Shown here one piece after another: positions 9,231-19,114 of a stretch of 64,000 nt of DNA. The first letter of the stretch is position 1; the number at the start of each line of letters is the position of its first letter. Origin of the DNA: a virus (taxonomy: Duplodnaviria; Caudoviricetes); the IMG/VR virus record IMGVR_UViG_3300023263_000001, positions 7,896 through 71,895 of that record; one strand, written 5' to 3'. The notes beneath the pieces were generated by a model. The model saw nothing but the letters and a program-made list of their open reading frames with translations, was not told the DNA's origin and did no database searches. Position numbers and translations under genes: made by a program.

Positions 9231-10424
9231 CTATCTCGCAGCTTTATTGCTCGAGTCTTTGTCCGTTTTCATGCGGAGAACATTAAAGGAAGGTCCCACC
9301 TCTGCGGCACCCTCGTCAACTATTGCCTGACGAAAAGCTGCAACAGTTTTTTCCTTGTGGTTCCGAGGTGCGGCCAGCTGAATCAGCTCGTCGAGGTTGG
9401 TGATGGCAACGTCATAGAGGGCCTCGACCTTCTCGCGGTGCTCTTCGGGCAGAAAACGCTTGGCAATCTCGCCGACCTTCTTCGGATGCGAGAGCTTGAT
9501 TCGCGACATGGGCACCATTACGTAGCCCTCGGGGATGAACTCCTCGTCGTTCGCGGCCTTGGTCGTGGCGTTCTTGCGAAAGGACTCGGCCCACAGCTTG
9601 ACCACTTGGGCCAGCTTCATTCCTTGGCTCACCTTCACCGGGTCCTCGAGGCTCACGGTGTTGATGTCATCGGGCACAACGAGCGGCGCGTATTTCTTTG
9701 CTACTTGGATGGCGAGCTCGGCGACCTTGGGGCAAACACCAACCAGCGAACAGAAAAGACAAGTGCCAACCGTGGCCCGCGCCATAGAGAAATCCTGAGG
9801 ATTCTTGCTTGCCTCAATGGCTCGGGCAACCACGGTCCGCACTCTAAGGTGAAACGCTTCGGGAACCGAGATGTCAAAAACGAAATCAGATTCATGGTCA
9901 ATGTGGGGCTGGAAAAACAGGACTCGACAGGTCTTCAGCTTGGGAAAGCGACGCTTGAGCCCGAGCATGTATGAGATACCCTGCAGGTTGTCCTTGGCGT
10001 CGGTGACAGCATTCTTGCCAAACTTCCAGTCGATGATTTCCGCGTGGGTCTGGTCGGCGTTGACGATGCAGAAGTCCGCGTATCCCCCGGTGGTGCCCAT
10101 CCAGTAGACTCCGTCCGGACCTTGGATTTGTTCGTCGTCGCAGGGCAGATATTCCTCGCGGATGACCGTGGACCCGATGCCAAACTCGGCAATACGCTCT
10201 GCCACCAGATTGCGGCACTGCTCCACGACTAGGGCCTTGTAGTCTGGGATTCGGTTGTTGTCCTCGCCAGACTCCACGGCGTCATGCTGCAGCGTGCCCA
10301 TGATGGATGCCTCGCTCTCGGTGTGAGTCGGGCTATACTTGGCACAGGCCTCTCGGCATTGAAGAGTAGAGGGCGAGTAGGGATGGTGCGGACGAGGAGT
10401 GACTTGTTCGACTTGGTTGCTCAT
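9231..10424 (-). CDS. PD-(D/E)XK exonuclease (DUF2800/Cas4-like)
   Basis: YSPSTLQCREAC, GTLQH, GGYADF, IIDWKFG, NLQGISY, CLFCSLVGVCP. Confidence 0.8.
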   Translation of the reverse strand: MSNQVEQVTPRPHHPYSPSTLQCREACAKYSPTHTESEASIMGTLQHDAVESGEDNNRIPDYKALVVEQCRNLVAERIAEFGIGSTVIREEYLPCDDEQIQGPDGVYWMGTTGGYADFCIVNADQTHAEIIDWKFGKNAVTDAKDNLQGISYMLGLKRRFPKLKTCRVLFFQPHIDHESDFVFDISVPEAFHLRVRTVVARAIEASKNPQDFSMARATVGTCLFCSLVGVCPKVAELAIQVAKKYAPLVVPDDINTVSLEDPVKVSQGMKLAQVVKLWAESFRKNATTKAANDEEFIPEGYVMVPMSRIKLSHPKKVGEIAKRFLPEEHREKVEALYDVAITNLDELIQLAAPRNHKEKTVAAFRQAIVDEGAAEVGPSFNVLRMKTDKDSSNKAAR

Positions 10425-10585
10425 TTGATTTAGTCCACCAATCACATGCTGAACTGAGAGCCGTCGACCTTTTCTTCGACGACGACGGGACCGTCGAGCA
10501 GGTCACCGAGGTATCGGTGGCCGAGGTTGTAGATGGATGGGTAGGAGCCGAGGTGGTTGTCGGTGTTCATTGCACGCGTTGGTTT

Positions 10586-11352
10586 TTAATTTTCGAGTTT
10601 GATTCTTCCGCAATCGCAGCCCATGGGCACAAAAGAATGCTCCGGGCTGTGATGAAGTCGAGTGTCGCCACACCAGCACACTTCGAGGTCCACCTCATTT
10701 TTACAGTCGGGACAAACGTCCCTTGGCGGTTCCTCCGGCTGGTGATGGAGATTCATTTCTTCCTCGGTTTGAAGTTCGGGTTGTGCTTGATGGCGGCGAG
10801 GAGCTGCTTCTGGTCTTCGGCGTTGCCCTTGCTGCTGTGCTTGGCCATGACGCGCCCGGTGTCTTTGTTGACCGTGCGGTAGCCGCCCTTCACTTTTGTG
10901 GTCTTGTATGGCATAAATCAATGCTTGAGTTCTTCGTAGAATCGGTCCACGGCGGCGCCCGCGAGCCAGCCCTCGCACCATGCTGCTTTCGCACGGCCCG
11001 AGATGGGGCAGGCCTCAAAGCGGGTGCCCTTGGCTTGGGCATCAAAGCCCTCTTCCCAGCGGGCGAAGACGGCTTGCTGACCTTTCGTCAAGGCCAGCTC
11101 GGAGCTGTCGGGGACGGTGATACGTTTGTTTTCGGAGCTTATGTTCATTTATTTGATTTGGTGAGTTCCGGTGAGTTCCACTATGCCGCTTTCGAGCTTC
11201 TCGACTTTTGGCGTCAATCCCGCCAGCCCAAAAAGGTAGTGGGCGCGGGCGATGGCTTCCCTCTTGGTCTTATACCACTCCTTGCAGCCCTCGACGTAGT
11301 CCATGGCCCAGCGGAGCGAGCCGCTTCGATATTTCCAGACTCGAATCTTCAT
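10586..11352 (-). other. Four small hypothetical CDSs (10586-10756, 10753-10914, 10918-11148, 11149-11352)
   Basis: Contiguous ATG-started ORFs with stop/start overlaps; one Cys-rich, one very basic. Confidence 0.5.
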
Positions 11353-12836
11353 AGCACCGAGAAAATATCACTGAGCTCGCCCTCTGTCAAATGGAGATTT
11401 GAGGCCAGCAGGTCCCCGTCATTCAGGGCGTCTTGCTGGTTCAGGCGGGTCACAAGGCGACGATGCACGGCTTCCTCCCGGGTGCCCGCGGCGAGGATTA
11501 GCCGGTAGAGGCTTTTGGACTTGGCACCGATGCGGGGCAGGCGACCGAACACCTGCCGGATGTTGACCGCCGAGTTGCAAGGCGAAACATGGCCAACGCG
11601 AGGAAAATTCCCGTCGAAATCAGCAAGAGTGATACAAATGCCACCAGCAGCAGAGTTGCAGTTGATAACACGGTTCCGGTTAGCTTGAAAAGAGTCAATG
11701 TGCGCGTCGCGCCTTTTCTTACCCGCTGGCCCCACTTGGGAGCCGTCGATTCGGCATTCTGTTTTGAGTCGTCTGCAGAGTTCATCCAGCGTCTGAGTGA
11801 AGGTCACGAAGTTGACCACGCTGTAGCCTTGGTCGTTCGCGTCCTCGGTGAGTTGCACGAAGATGGGAACCTTCAGCAGCTCGATTTCTTGGAGAGCCCG
11901 GATGATTACCGTCAGGTGTGATTCCTTGTCTGCGGCGGCTCGGTCTCGCAGGGCGCGAATGGAGTCGTCCATTTGTTCGTAAAGCTTCTCGATGGCTCCG
12001 CCCTCGGCTAGGTCATACAGCTCCGCGGTGATTTGGCTTTCGGGAAAGTCTGGCAGGTCCTTGATGCGGACGCGCACACCGTGGTCTGGGAAAATCTTTT
12101 CGTTGAGCTTGGCCATGGTCTGCTTGCGTTCCTGCTCGTTCCCGGCGAAGCGAAATCCACCGTGCGGCGAGGGGCGACAGTTCCAGCGGCGCACCCATGT
12201 CCAGAACCGCACGCCGTGGTCCAGCTCGTGCAGGTCCAGCACGTAGCCAAGGGCCTTGAAGTCGAGCGGGCTGTCTCCGGCTGTGGCTGACAGGCCCAGC
12301 GTCTTGAGGCCCTGACGGCGCGCAGCAATGAGGATTTCCGACTGCAGAGAGTCCGTGGCCTTGCAGCGATGCACCTCGTCGAACACCGCCGCCTTGACCG
12401 CCGGATGAAAAATGAAGCTGCCGTAGTTGTGCGGGATGGACTTCACTTCCACGCAATGGACCGGCCCGTAGGGACACTTCGGCGTTTTGTCTTCAACCCA
12501 GCACTGGCACTGCGTGCATTTCAGGCGGGTCTTCAGGGGTCCGGTCTTGGGAAATTGCCAGCGTCCGTAAGGGGTGCGCCCCGTGCGGAGCATCTCGTAG
12601 CCGATGACGTCATAGGCCACGTTGAGTGACGCCCCTGCCCTAATCCAGCCCGTCCGTGCGACATCTGGGCAGACTACGACTGTGGGAAGGTCCAGCTCTC
12701 GCAACACGGCAGCGGCAACGTAGGTCTTGCCGGTGCCCATGTCGGAGCCGTCGAGGGCCGCGCCATCACGCCGGATGCAGCTGAGCAGGTGCTCCGCTGC
12801 GGCTGGCTGGTGAGGTTTGAGCCCTTCAACGTTCAC
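11349..12836 (-). CDS. Superfamily 2 (SNF2-like) helicase
   Basis: DMGTGKT, FDEVH, LSATAG, RIDGS, AGGICITL, QVFGRLPRIG. Confidence 0.85.
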   Translation of the reverse strand: MNVEGLKPHQPAAAEHLLSCIRRDGAALDGSDMGTGKTYVAAAVLRELDLPTVVVCPDVARTGWIRAGASLNVAYDVIGYEMLRTGRTPYGRWQFPKTGPLKTRLKCTQCQCWVEDKTPKCPYGPVHCVEVKSIPHNYGSFIFHPAVKAAVFDEVHRCKATDSLQSEILIAARRQGLKTLGLSATAGDSPLDFKALGYVLDLHELDHGVRFWTWVRRWNCRPSPHGGFRFAGNEQERKQTMAKLNEKIFPDHGVRVRIKDLPDFPESQITAELYDLAEGGAIEKLYEQMDDSIRALRDRAAADKESHLTVIIRALQEIELLKVPIFVQLTEDANDQGYSVVNFVTFTQTLDELCRRLKTECRIDGSQVGPAGKKRRDAHIDSFQANRNRVINCNSAAGGICITLADFDGNFPRVGHVSPCNSAVNIRQVFGRLPRIGAKSKSLYRLILAAGTREEAVHRRLVTRLNQQDALNDGDLLASNLHLTEGELSDIFSVL

Positions 12837-13378
12837 AGGTTAATTTTCACGACCTCCACTGAGCCCTCTTCCAAGGCGAGCTCAACGGGCTCGAGCTTTC
12901 CGTTCTGTGGCTCATAGAAAAACCACTGCCCATCGTTTCGGCGGATGACGTTCATAGCGTGGTATCCCAGAAGCCACTTGTCTCCTTCCGGGAACACCAT
13001 GAAAATCTTGACGTAAGCAACGCCCACGCTGACCGCAGCTCGCGAGTTGCGGTAGTTTCGCAAGGCCCACACGTCCATCCAGTGCTTGGCTTCACGTGCG
13101 AAGTTGTCGCAGTCCCAAGACTGCTCCGTGTATGGCGTCCACTCCTTGTGCGCGACGGCGAAGGCAACCATGGCCTCGAGGTCTTCCTGCGTGGGAGAAA
13201 TGTAGAAGGCGTCCTCCGGACCGAGAAGCAGGTCGGTGGGCATGACCCAATGGAGGCATTGTTCAATTGCACGAGACATATCCCACCAAGTGAGGATGGA
13301 GTAGGAGGTGAGTGATTCAGCTGACGTGCTGAGCGCTAGTGTGAGTGCAAGCAACAGGCTCGCGATTTTCTTTTTCAA
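12833..13378 (-). CDS. Secreted papain/transglutaminase-like protein (MOA agglutinin C-terminal-like)
   Basis: Signal peptide MKKKIASLLLALTLALSTSA; WDCDNFA, YHAMNV, FYEPQ Cys-His triad pattern. Confidence 0.6.
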   Translation of the reverse strand: MKKKIASLLLALTLALSTSAESLTSYSILTWWDMSRAIEQCLHWVMPTDLLLGPEDAFYISPTQEDLEAMVAFAVAHKEWTPYTEQSWDCDNFAREAKHWMDVWALRNYRNSRAAVSVGVAYVKIFMVFPEGDKWLLGYHAMNVIRRNDGQWFFYEPQNGKLEPVELALEEGSVEVVKINL

Positions 13379-14009
13379 ACTGGTTAATCCAGCCTTTCAA
13401 CACGCAGGGTGAATATCGCAGGAGAAGATGTTGGCGGAAAGCAGTGTTGTTCTCTCGGAGGAACAGCACCTCGGCCGAGGACTTGACCTTGGCGCAATAC
13501 CAACGGTGCCACTGCAGATTGGTGGTGCCCTCGGGCAGGTTCCCCGACTTGACCGCATTGTCCACAAATTCCTTAGCCTCTCCGGACAGCCACGTGCGGA
13601 AAAGGTAGAACCACTCGGGTTCCACACAGACCACATACTTGTCGGCCCAGCAGATGTCGGAGGGCTGCATCTTGGTCTGCATCGCCACAGAGCGGCTGTG
13701 CAGCAGGCAGCGCTCGGCGGACTCGGCGGCATACAGCTGGGAGGCGAGCTTCGACTCCCGGCAGAACATGCGGCGCCAGCGATACACAATCCGGCCGACC
13801 CACTTCGCACCGACCACGGGGTGCAGCTTGCCCTCAGGTCCGTCGATGTCCGCGCAACCCCAGTAGCCCACGTCGTGCAGGGCGATGCAGAGAAAGCCGA
13901 CCGCATCGGGCCAGCGACGAAAAAGCTTTCGGTAGGCGAGAGCCACGGTTAACGGGTGCCAGAGAAACTGGTGGCATCCGAACAAGAGTGACTTGGTTCC
14001 GATTTTCAT
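13317..14009 (-). CDS. HD-domain-like protein
   Basis: H..(WHP), LHDVG, HPVVG, LLHS, WADK metal-ligand spacing. Confidence 0.5.
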   Translation of the reverse strand: MKIGTKSLLFGCHQFLWHPLTVALAYRKLFRRWPDAVGFLCIALHDVGYWGCADIDGPEGKLHPVVGAKWVGRIVYRWRRMFCRESKLASQLYAAESAERCLLHSRSVAMQTKMQPSDICWADKYVVCVEPEWFYLFRTWLSGEAKEFVDNAVKSGNLPEGTTNLQWHRWYCAKVKSSAEVLFLRENNTAFRQHLLLRYSPCVLKGWINQFEKENREPVACTHTSAQHVS

Positions 14010-14260
14010 CGCAATCTTTTTAAGAGCCACTGGCCGTTGACGGCAATCCACTCTCGCGCCCCCTCTTGGCGCCCGTTCAAGTGGGAATAGCGCGCTTCAA
14101 GAAACCACTGTCCATCCATGAAAGGCGGAGGCGGGAAAGACAGTTCCGGGTCGACCACCAGCCCGTAAGGGTTGTGGCGAAGGCTCAGCTGTGCCTGCAC
14201 CAGTTCGTAGTTGGCGAGAACCTCGGCTTCCTGTCGTTCGCTGGGGATGTGTGCGCTCAT
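14006..14260 (-). CDS. Hypothetical protein
   Basis: ATG with coupled overlaps on both sides. Confidence 0.45.
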   Translation of the reverse strand: MSAHIPSERQEAEVLANYELVQAQLSLRHNPYGLVVDPELSFPPPPFMDGQWFLEARYSHLNGRQEGAREWIAVNGQWLLKRLR

Positions 14261-14832
14261 TGCAGGCTGGCAAGGGGGATGGCTGAAAAGGTGCTCCACA
14301 GGTAAAACTTGGACTCGCGGAAAAGCTTCACGGTTTCCTCGGTGCGTTTCAGCGGGAGGTGATTGTCCACTGCCCACTCGAAAAGCTTACCGTGATACTG
14401 TGCGAGGTCGCCGTCGTTCATAATCGTTTCGTGGCAGTCCTCGGGTCCGAAGGTCACGGTCGGGTCAACCGGTGTCCCCGGTCGGTCTATCCACACGATG
14501 CGGTCGAATAATCCCTCGGCCTTCACGGCGTTGATTTCCACGATGTCCCGGATGCCCGCGGCGATGTCACCGGATGCGATGACTAGGCGAGCGAGACAGC
14601 ACTGGTCGACCAGCCGGATGTGGTCCAGCTCGTCCTTCCACAGCTGTCGATTCTTGTGGCGCTCTTCCCATGCTTGGCAAGGATGCACCCCCAGAAATTC
14701 AGCCATGTGTGGAAGCCCGGCCCACGAGAAGGAGCCAGCGTAGCGCAGCTTGGTGATTCGACCTAAGAAGATGGCGGCTTCGTCTTTGCCAGCACGTCCG
14801 TATCCGGCGAAAAGAATCTTTTTATAGTGCAT
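14257..14832 (-). CDS. Nucleoside monophosphate kinase-like P-loop protein
   Basis: ILFAGYGRAGKD Walker A; GIRD..E, IVWIDRPG, IMNDGDL as in phage dNMP kinases. Confidence 0.6.
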   Translation of the reverse strand: MHYKKILFAGYGRAGKDEAAIFLGRITKLRYAGSFSWAGLPHMAEFLGVHPCQAWEERHKNRQLWKDELDHIRLVDQCCLARLVIASGDIAAGIRDIVEINAVKAEGLFDRIVWIDRPGTPVDPTVTFGPEDCHETIMNDGDLAQYHGKLFEWAVDNHLPLKRTEETVKLFRESKFYLWSTFSAIPLASLQ

Positions 14833-15245
14833 AGGAGGTCTTGTCTTTTGTGTGCGAGGGCAAGCCATGTCAGGTATTGCTCGGAGTCATGCCATGCCGA
14901 GTGGCAGGCGGACCTTGAGTGATGCCGTCGGGGTTCTGACCCCGGTGCAATCTCTTCTCGGATTCTGGCGGCAAACGATGTGAGAGGTTCCATTCAATGC
15001 TCAGGTCGTGCGTCTCTGCCACGTTCCGGAAAAAGGAATCGCGGTGGTCTTGGAGCTGTGGCGAGACGTTCACGAAGGGTTTTGGGTTGGCACTTTTGAG
15101 TCCTGTTCGCAAAGCTGTTGCTGCGCGAGCAAAAGAATTTCCAAGAGCTGGTCTTGGTCGAGGCCTCTCACCACGATAGCTCCACCGCAGAGCATGGTGT
15201 TCTGGATGGTGACCGTGCGAACAATCTCGCGAATCTGCTCGAGGT

Positions 15246-17344
15246 TCACAGTTCCTCCCGGGGCGCGACGCGAAATTCAATCTCGCACTTGAGGCGCGAG
15301 TAGCACATCAAGGCGTGGTTGTGCATGCGGCGAAATTCCATCGCGGCCTTGGGCCGGTTGGGCACGCTGGCCTCGAGGTGCTTGAACTTCGACGCGTAGC
15401 GCGCAGCCTGCTTCAGCCGACGAATCAGCTGGTGCATTGTGAAGGTGCCAATCTTCTCAATGTATTTGTCGTCGGCGTTCTTCGGGGGCTGTCCCACGAG
15501 AACGACCTTATGGCGTCGTCGCATCTCCCGCTTACGTTCTCGGTTGGTGAACTTGGCCTTGGGGTCGAAGATGTCTTTCTCCACCTCAAGGCAGAGACTG
15601 GTGTCGTTGATTGCTGGGTCTTGTGTCGGGCTCATTTTATTTTCCCGAGTGTATCATCGCCACGGCGTGAGCGCAAATATCACAGAGCGCCCAAGTCGGG
15701 CCGGGATTGCCCTTATCGGCAAGGATGAATCGGCGAGCCCGGACCTTCTTGCCATTCGCCTCGACGTATTCGCAGACATCAATCTGCGGCCCGTCAATCT
15801 CCACGGAGTGCAGGCGGCACAGCTTGTTGTCGCAGAACTTCACGGCTTGGCTGGCTCACCAACGACTGACTTGGCGGCTTTGGGTTCCTTCGGTGCGGGC
15901 AGGTGCTCGGGCGGAGTGAACACGGGCGCCGTGGACTGTTTCTTGCGGGGCGCGATGGGCTTAGCAACTTGGTCCTGCGGGTGAGACTTCAGGCGGATGT
16001 TCAGCTCCCGGCCTTCGCTGCCGAAGATTTCCTTGAGCAGTTCGGGCAGCCGTTCAACAGGCAGGCTCGCGTTCAGCTGATTGGAAAAGCGCGTGGCGTC
16101 GCGTGTCATGCGGTCCTTGAGCGTCACGCCCACCATGCCCTTGTCTTGGAGGTAGCGGAGCAGAACGTCCTGCGCGGCGCCCTCGAAAAAGACTGTGCCA
16201 ATCTCGCGGAAGCATTCCGCTCCGCTGCCATCGGCCGAGGCGTTGTCGATGAACAGCTGTCGCAGCGTCATGCCCGGGTGCGGGTTGATGAACTGAGGCA
16301 CGTCCTCGCGGGTCTCGATGGTCGAGCCAACACGCTTCGCGTCGCCCGGTGCGAGCTTGGGATAAAGCTTTTTGAGTTCGACGTAGAGGTTATCGTAGTC
16401 ACGCTTCGCGATACCGGTGAGCGGGGCTTCGACGATGACTGTCTCCGGGACACCCGGGACCTTATATGAGCCGATGATGAACGTAGGCATACACAGAAAA
16501 GGTCCGGGTTCCGGGGCGATGTCAAGCCGCTCTTTTGGAGATTGCGAACTGTATCCGGGCGCGTTCCCGGATGGTCTGGCCGGGGCGCGTGTGGCACAAC
16601 CTAAGCCGGTCCTCGAGGCTCAGCGCGTCGTATCGCGCCTGCCGGGCGTCGGCCTCGCGGCGCCTCTGGTCTCGCTTCGCGTGCAGCCTGTCGCTGCAGT
16701 AGCCAGCCGTCTTCTTGCGGCTGTTGGGGGTGGATGTTGAGGAGGTTTTACTGGAACCGGTCTGGGGGTATTTTTGTTTACTCATATTCGATTTCGGTTT
16801 CGAGCAGGTCGATGATTTCAGCGCGACGCCTCCCGATACTCGTCGAGGAAATCGAACACGAGCACCAGCTCGTAGCCGAGGAGCTTTGCTGCCGCCTCGA
16901 GGTTGCGGGTCGACACGCCCTTCACGGGCCGGTGTCTACAGGTCACATTGCGTGCCTGCTTGATGGCTTGGTGAATCACGGACGTCGGCAGCCCCGTGGA
17001 CGTGCTGAGCGCGCTGGGGCCGCACCAGAGCTTGCCGGGCAGGTCGTGCTTGATTGGGTAGAGGTTCATTATTCGCAGGGGTTGCCGACGGGCATTTTGG
17101 TTTCGACCCGCGTCCATCGCGTGGCCAGCGGAAAGGGCTTCGCGTTCAGGAGCTCCGTGAGCAGGTCCAGCGCGGCCACCGCGGTGCGGACCTCGGTCAG
17201 GTAGACTCGCAGTCCCTCGTAGGTGTCCTGCACGTGTTCCACGGTCACCGAGCCGTCCATGTGCGGGGTGAACCACTTCTCGGAGCGGAACACGCGGGTG
17301 CCCACGCTCCGCTCCATCCAGATTTTGAAAGGTCGAATCATCAT
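15246..17344 (-). other. Run of small/medium hypothetical CDSs (15246-15635, 15637-15843, 15840-16490, 16522-16785, 16818-17069, 17069-17344)
   Basis: Contiguous co-oriented ATG ORFs; 16818-17069 has a WCGPSAL peptidase-C39-like Cys motif but is short. Confidence 0.55.
15648..15676 (-). promoter_or_regulatory. sigma70-type promoter
   Basis: TTGCGC-17-TACACT, 12 nt upstream of ATG 15635. Confidence 0.6.
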
Positions 17345-17349
17345 GGTGA

Positions 17350-17378
17350 AATGTGCCACAGTTGTGAGGTCAGCGCAA
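17350..17378 (-). promoter_or_regulatory. Promoter, probably leaderless transcript
   Basis: TTGCGC-17-(TGTGG)CACATT, 5 nt from ATG 17344. Confidence 0.5.
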
Positions 17379-17388
17379 GTCCGTAGTG

Positions 17389-17643
17389 TTACGTATTCGA
17401 GGGCTGGCGGCAGATGCGCGCCACGTTAGTGCTGGCCTTGAAGGCGCACGTCAGGGTGTCGCTGTTCCAAGACATGAAAACGTAGGTGCGGCCCTCGAAG
17501 CTCAGGACCTTCTTGCAGATTTTCTTCACGTCGTCCCAGCCGTTCGGCACGTCGAGGCGGAGCCACAGGCTGCCGTCGTCTTCGCGGGTGATGGGCGTGA
17601 CGCCCACGAGGGTTGTTTCGATTTTGGCTGATATGTTGCTCAT
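17389..17643 (-). CDS. Small hypothetical protein ending RQPSNT
   Basis: ATG directly after promoter. Confidence 0.6.
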   Translation of the reverse strand: MSNISAKIETTLVGVTPITREDDGSLWLRLDVPNGWDDVKKICKKVLSFEGRTYVFMSWNSDTLTCAFKASTNVARICRQPSNT

Positions 17644-17648
17644 GGTGT

Positions 17649-17676
17649 AAGGTGCCACAGGGCGGCGCGCATGCAA
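17649..17676 (-). promoter_or_regulatory. Promoter, probably leaderless transcript
   Basis: TTGCAT-16-CACCTT, 5 nt from ATG 17643; shares CTACGGACTTGC with the 17350 promoter. Confidence 0.5.
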
Positions 17677-17686
17677 GTCCGTAGTT

Positions 17687-18223
17687 CTACCGACGGGTTC
17701 GGCGCAGACGGTAGAACAGGGCTGGCTGGTCAAACAGCACGGGGAAAATGTAGCGGCCCCCGCGCTGTGGGCAGTCGAAGCAGGCCTCGCCCCAAGTGGT
17801 CAAGTCGGTGCTGACCTCCAGCACGTCACGATAGGCGCCTAGCAGGGGCCAAGACACGAGGCCCTTCTCCTTGCTTATGGCGATGGGTCCCGGCGGCGGT
17901 AACGCAGCCAGCGGGTCAGGCGGCTCACCGCTGGTGGTGTAGACCACCTCCGCCGAGTATTCAGACTCGAGGCCCTCGTCCGTGAAGGCGGTCACGGCGA
18001 AAAAGTATGTGGTGCCCGGCTCAAGGCCCGGGATGGTGGCTTGCGTGGTCGGAGCCGCGACCTCGAGGAAGCCGCCGTAGATTCGAGAGGCCCCGCCCCA
18101 GTAAAGACGGTAGCCCACGACCTCCGGCTCCGGACTGGGGTCCCAAGCCAGCGTGACAGATTGGGTCGCCGAGGCAGCGAGAATGGAACCCAGCAAAAGG
18201 ATGGAAGCGATTGATAGTTTCAC
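17687..18223 (-). CDS. Secreted fibronectin type III domain protein
   Basis: Signal peptide; VTLAWDPSPEPEVVGYRLYWG...LEPGTTYFFAVTAF FN3 signature; C-terminal LEVSTDLTTW...LFYRLR motif. Confidence 0.8.
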   Translation of the reverse strand: MKLSIASILLLGSILAASATQSVTLAWDPSPEPEVVGYRLYWGGASRIYGGFLEVAAPTTQATIPGLEPGTTYFFAVTAFTDEGLESEYSAEVVYTTSGEPPDPLAALPPPGPIAISKEKGLVSWPLLGAYRDVLEVSTDLTTWGEACFDCPQRGGRYIFPVLFDQPALFYRLRRTRR

Positions 18224-19058
18224 GCCACGTCCCTCCAAACGAAGGTGCTGGGCTCGTCGGAGTAAGAAATTTTAACCCACTCTTGAAGCACGGCTCTCAC
18301 GTTTGCGTTGGTGATTTCACCGGTCGCGTATTCGTCGAGGTCGTCCTGTTGGTTGTCGAGCGCGGCCTTTGCAGCCTTGAGGTTCTTCGCTTCAAGGGGC
18401 TCGGAGGTGACGGTGTAAACGATTCGGAATTTTCGTGATTTGTTAGGCATACCAAGAGTTATAGGTGGTGGAGTCGGCGGACACGCGGCGCGCAAAGTAG
18501 CGGCCCTCGAAGTTGAACCCGGGCGTGTCCCGGTAAAAGGAAATCTTGCGGAAGGTTTCCACGTTGACCCGGTCTGAGCTCCCCTTCGGTCGGCACCACG
18601 AGGCGCGGTCGAGAAACTTGTCCTTCACGGGGCGGACCGTGGCGCACATGAAGCCCTGCGTGCCGGGCACCTGCTCGGCACCAATCTCGCGCACGTAAAC
18701 GCCCTTTGGCGTGAGGCGGACCACTTGGAAGTAGTCCACGTTGGTCTGGTCGTAGCCCCACGACATCTCGAAGATGTCGCCGACGGCGACGGTGGGTTTG
18801 ATTTGGGTTTGGGGGGTGGCGGTGTTCATGTTGTTAGGCAATGACTGAGGTCGCGGCCGTGGGAGTGGTTAACTCGAACTGCTCGCGCTTCAGGAAAAGC
18901 GACATGGGCTCGGTGCTGAACCAGCGGCCGCAGTAGAGGGTGTGCGTCACGAGCCAGAAGTTGTTGCCCGTGTCCTTAACGCGCACCACCGCGTCCTTGC
19001 GGATGATGGCGCCGTCGACCGTCACTCGAACCTTCAATGTGTTCTTAATCATGGTGAG

Positions 19059-19087
19059 AGTATAAGCCCGCGCAAGCGGAAATGCAA
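19059..19087 (-). promoter_or_regulatory. Strong sigma70-type promoter, leaderless
   Basis: TTGCAT-17-TATACT, 6 nt from ATG 19052. Confidence 0.7.
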
Positions 19088-19097
19088 CAACTCAATT

Positions 19098-19114
19098 TGC
19101 CTAATTATCAGGCA
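19098..19114. promoter_or_regulatory. Near-perfect palindrome (operator-like)
   Basis: TGCCTAATTATCAGGCA just upstream of the 19087 -35 box. Confidence 0.35.

Noticed and set aside
9231-10424. Cas4-like nuclease as sign of a CRISPR system
   Set aside because: No repeat-spacer array or other cas genes seen; DUF2800-type nucleases are routine in phage replication modules.
16782-17069. Frameshifted peptidase C39-like gene
   Set aside because: The Cys motif is present, but no alternative frame after the stop supplies a catalytic His region; kept as a short hypothetical.
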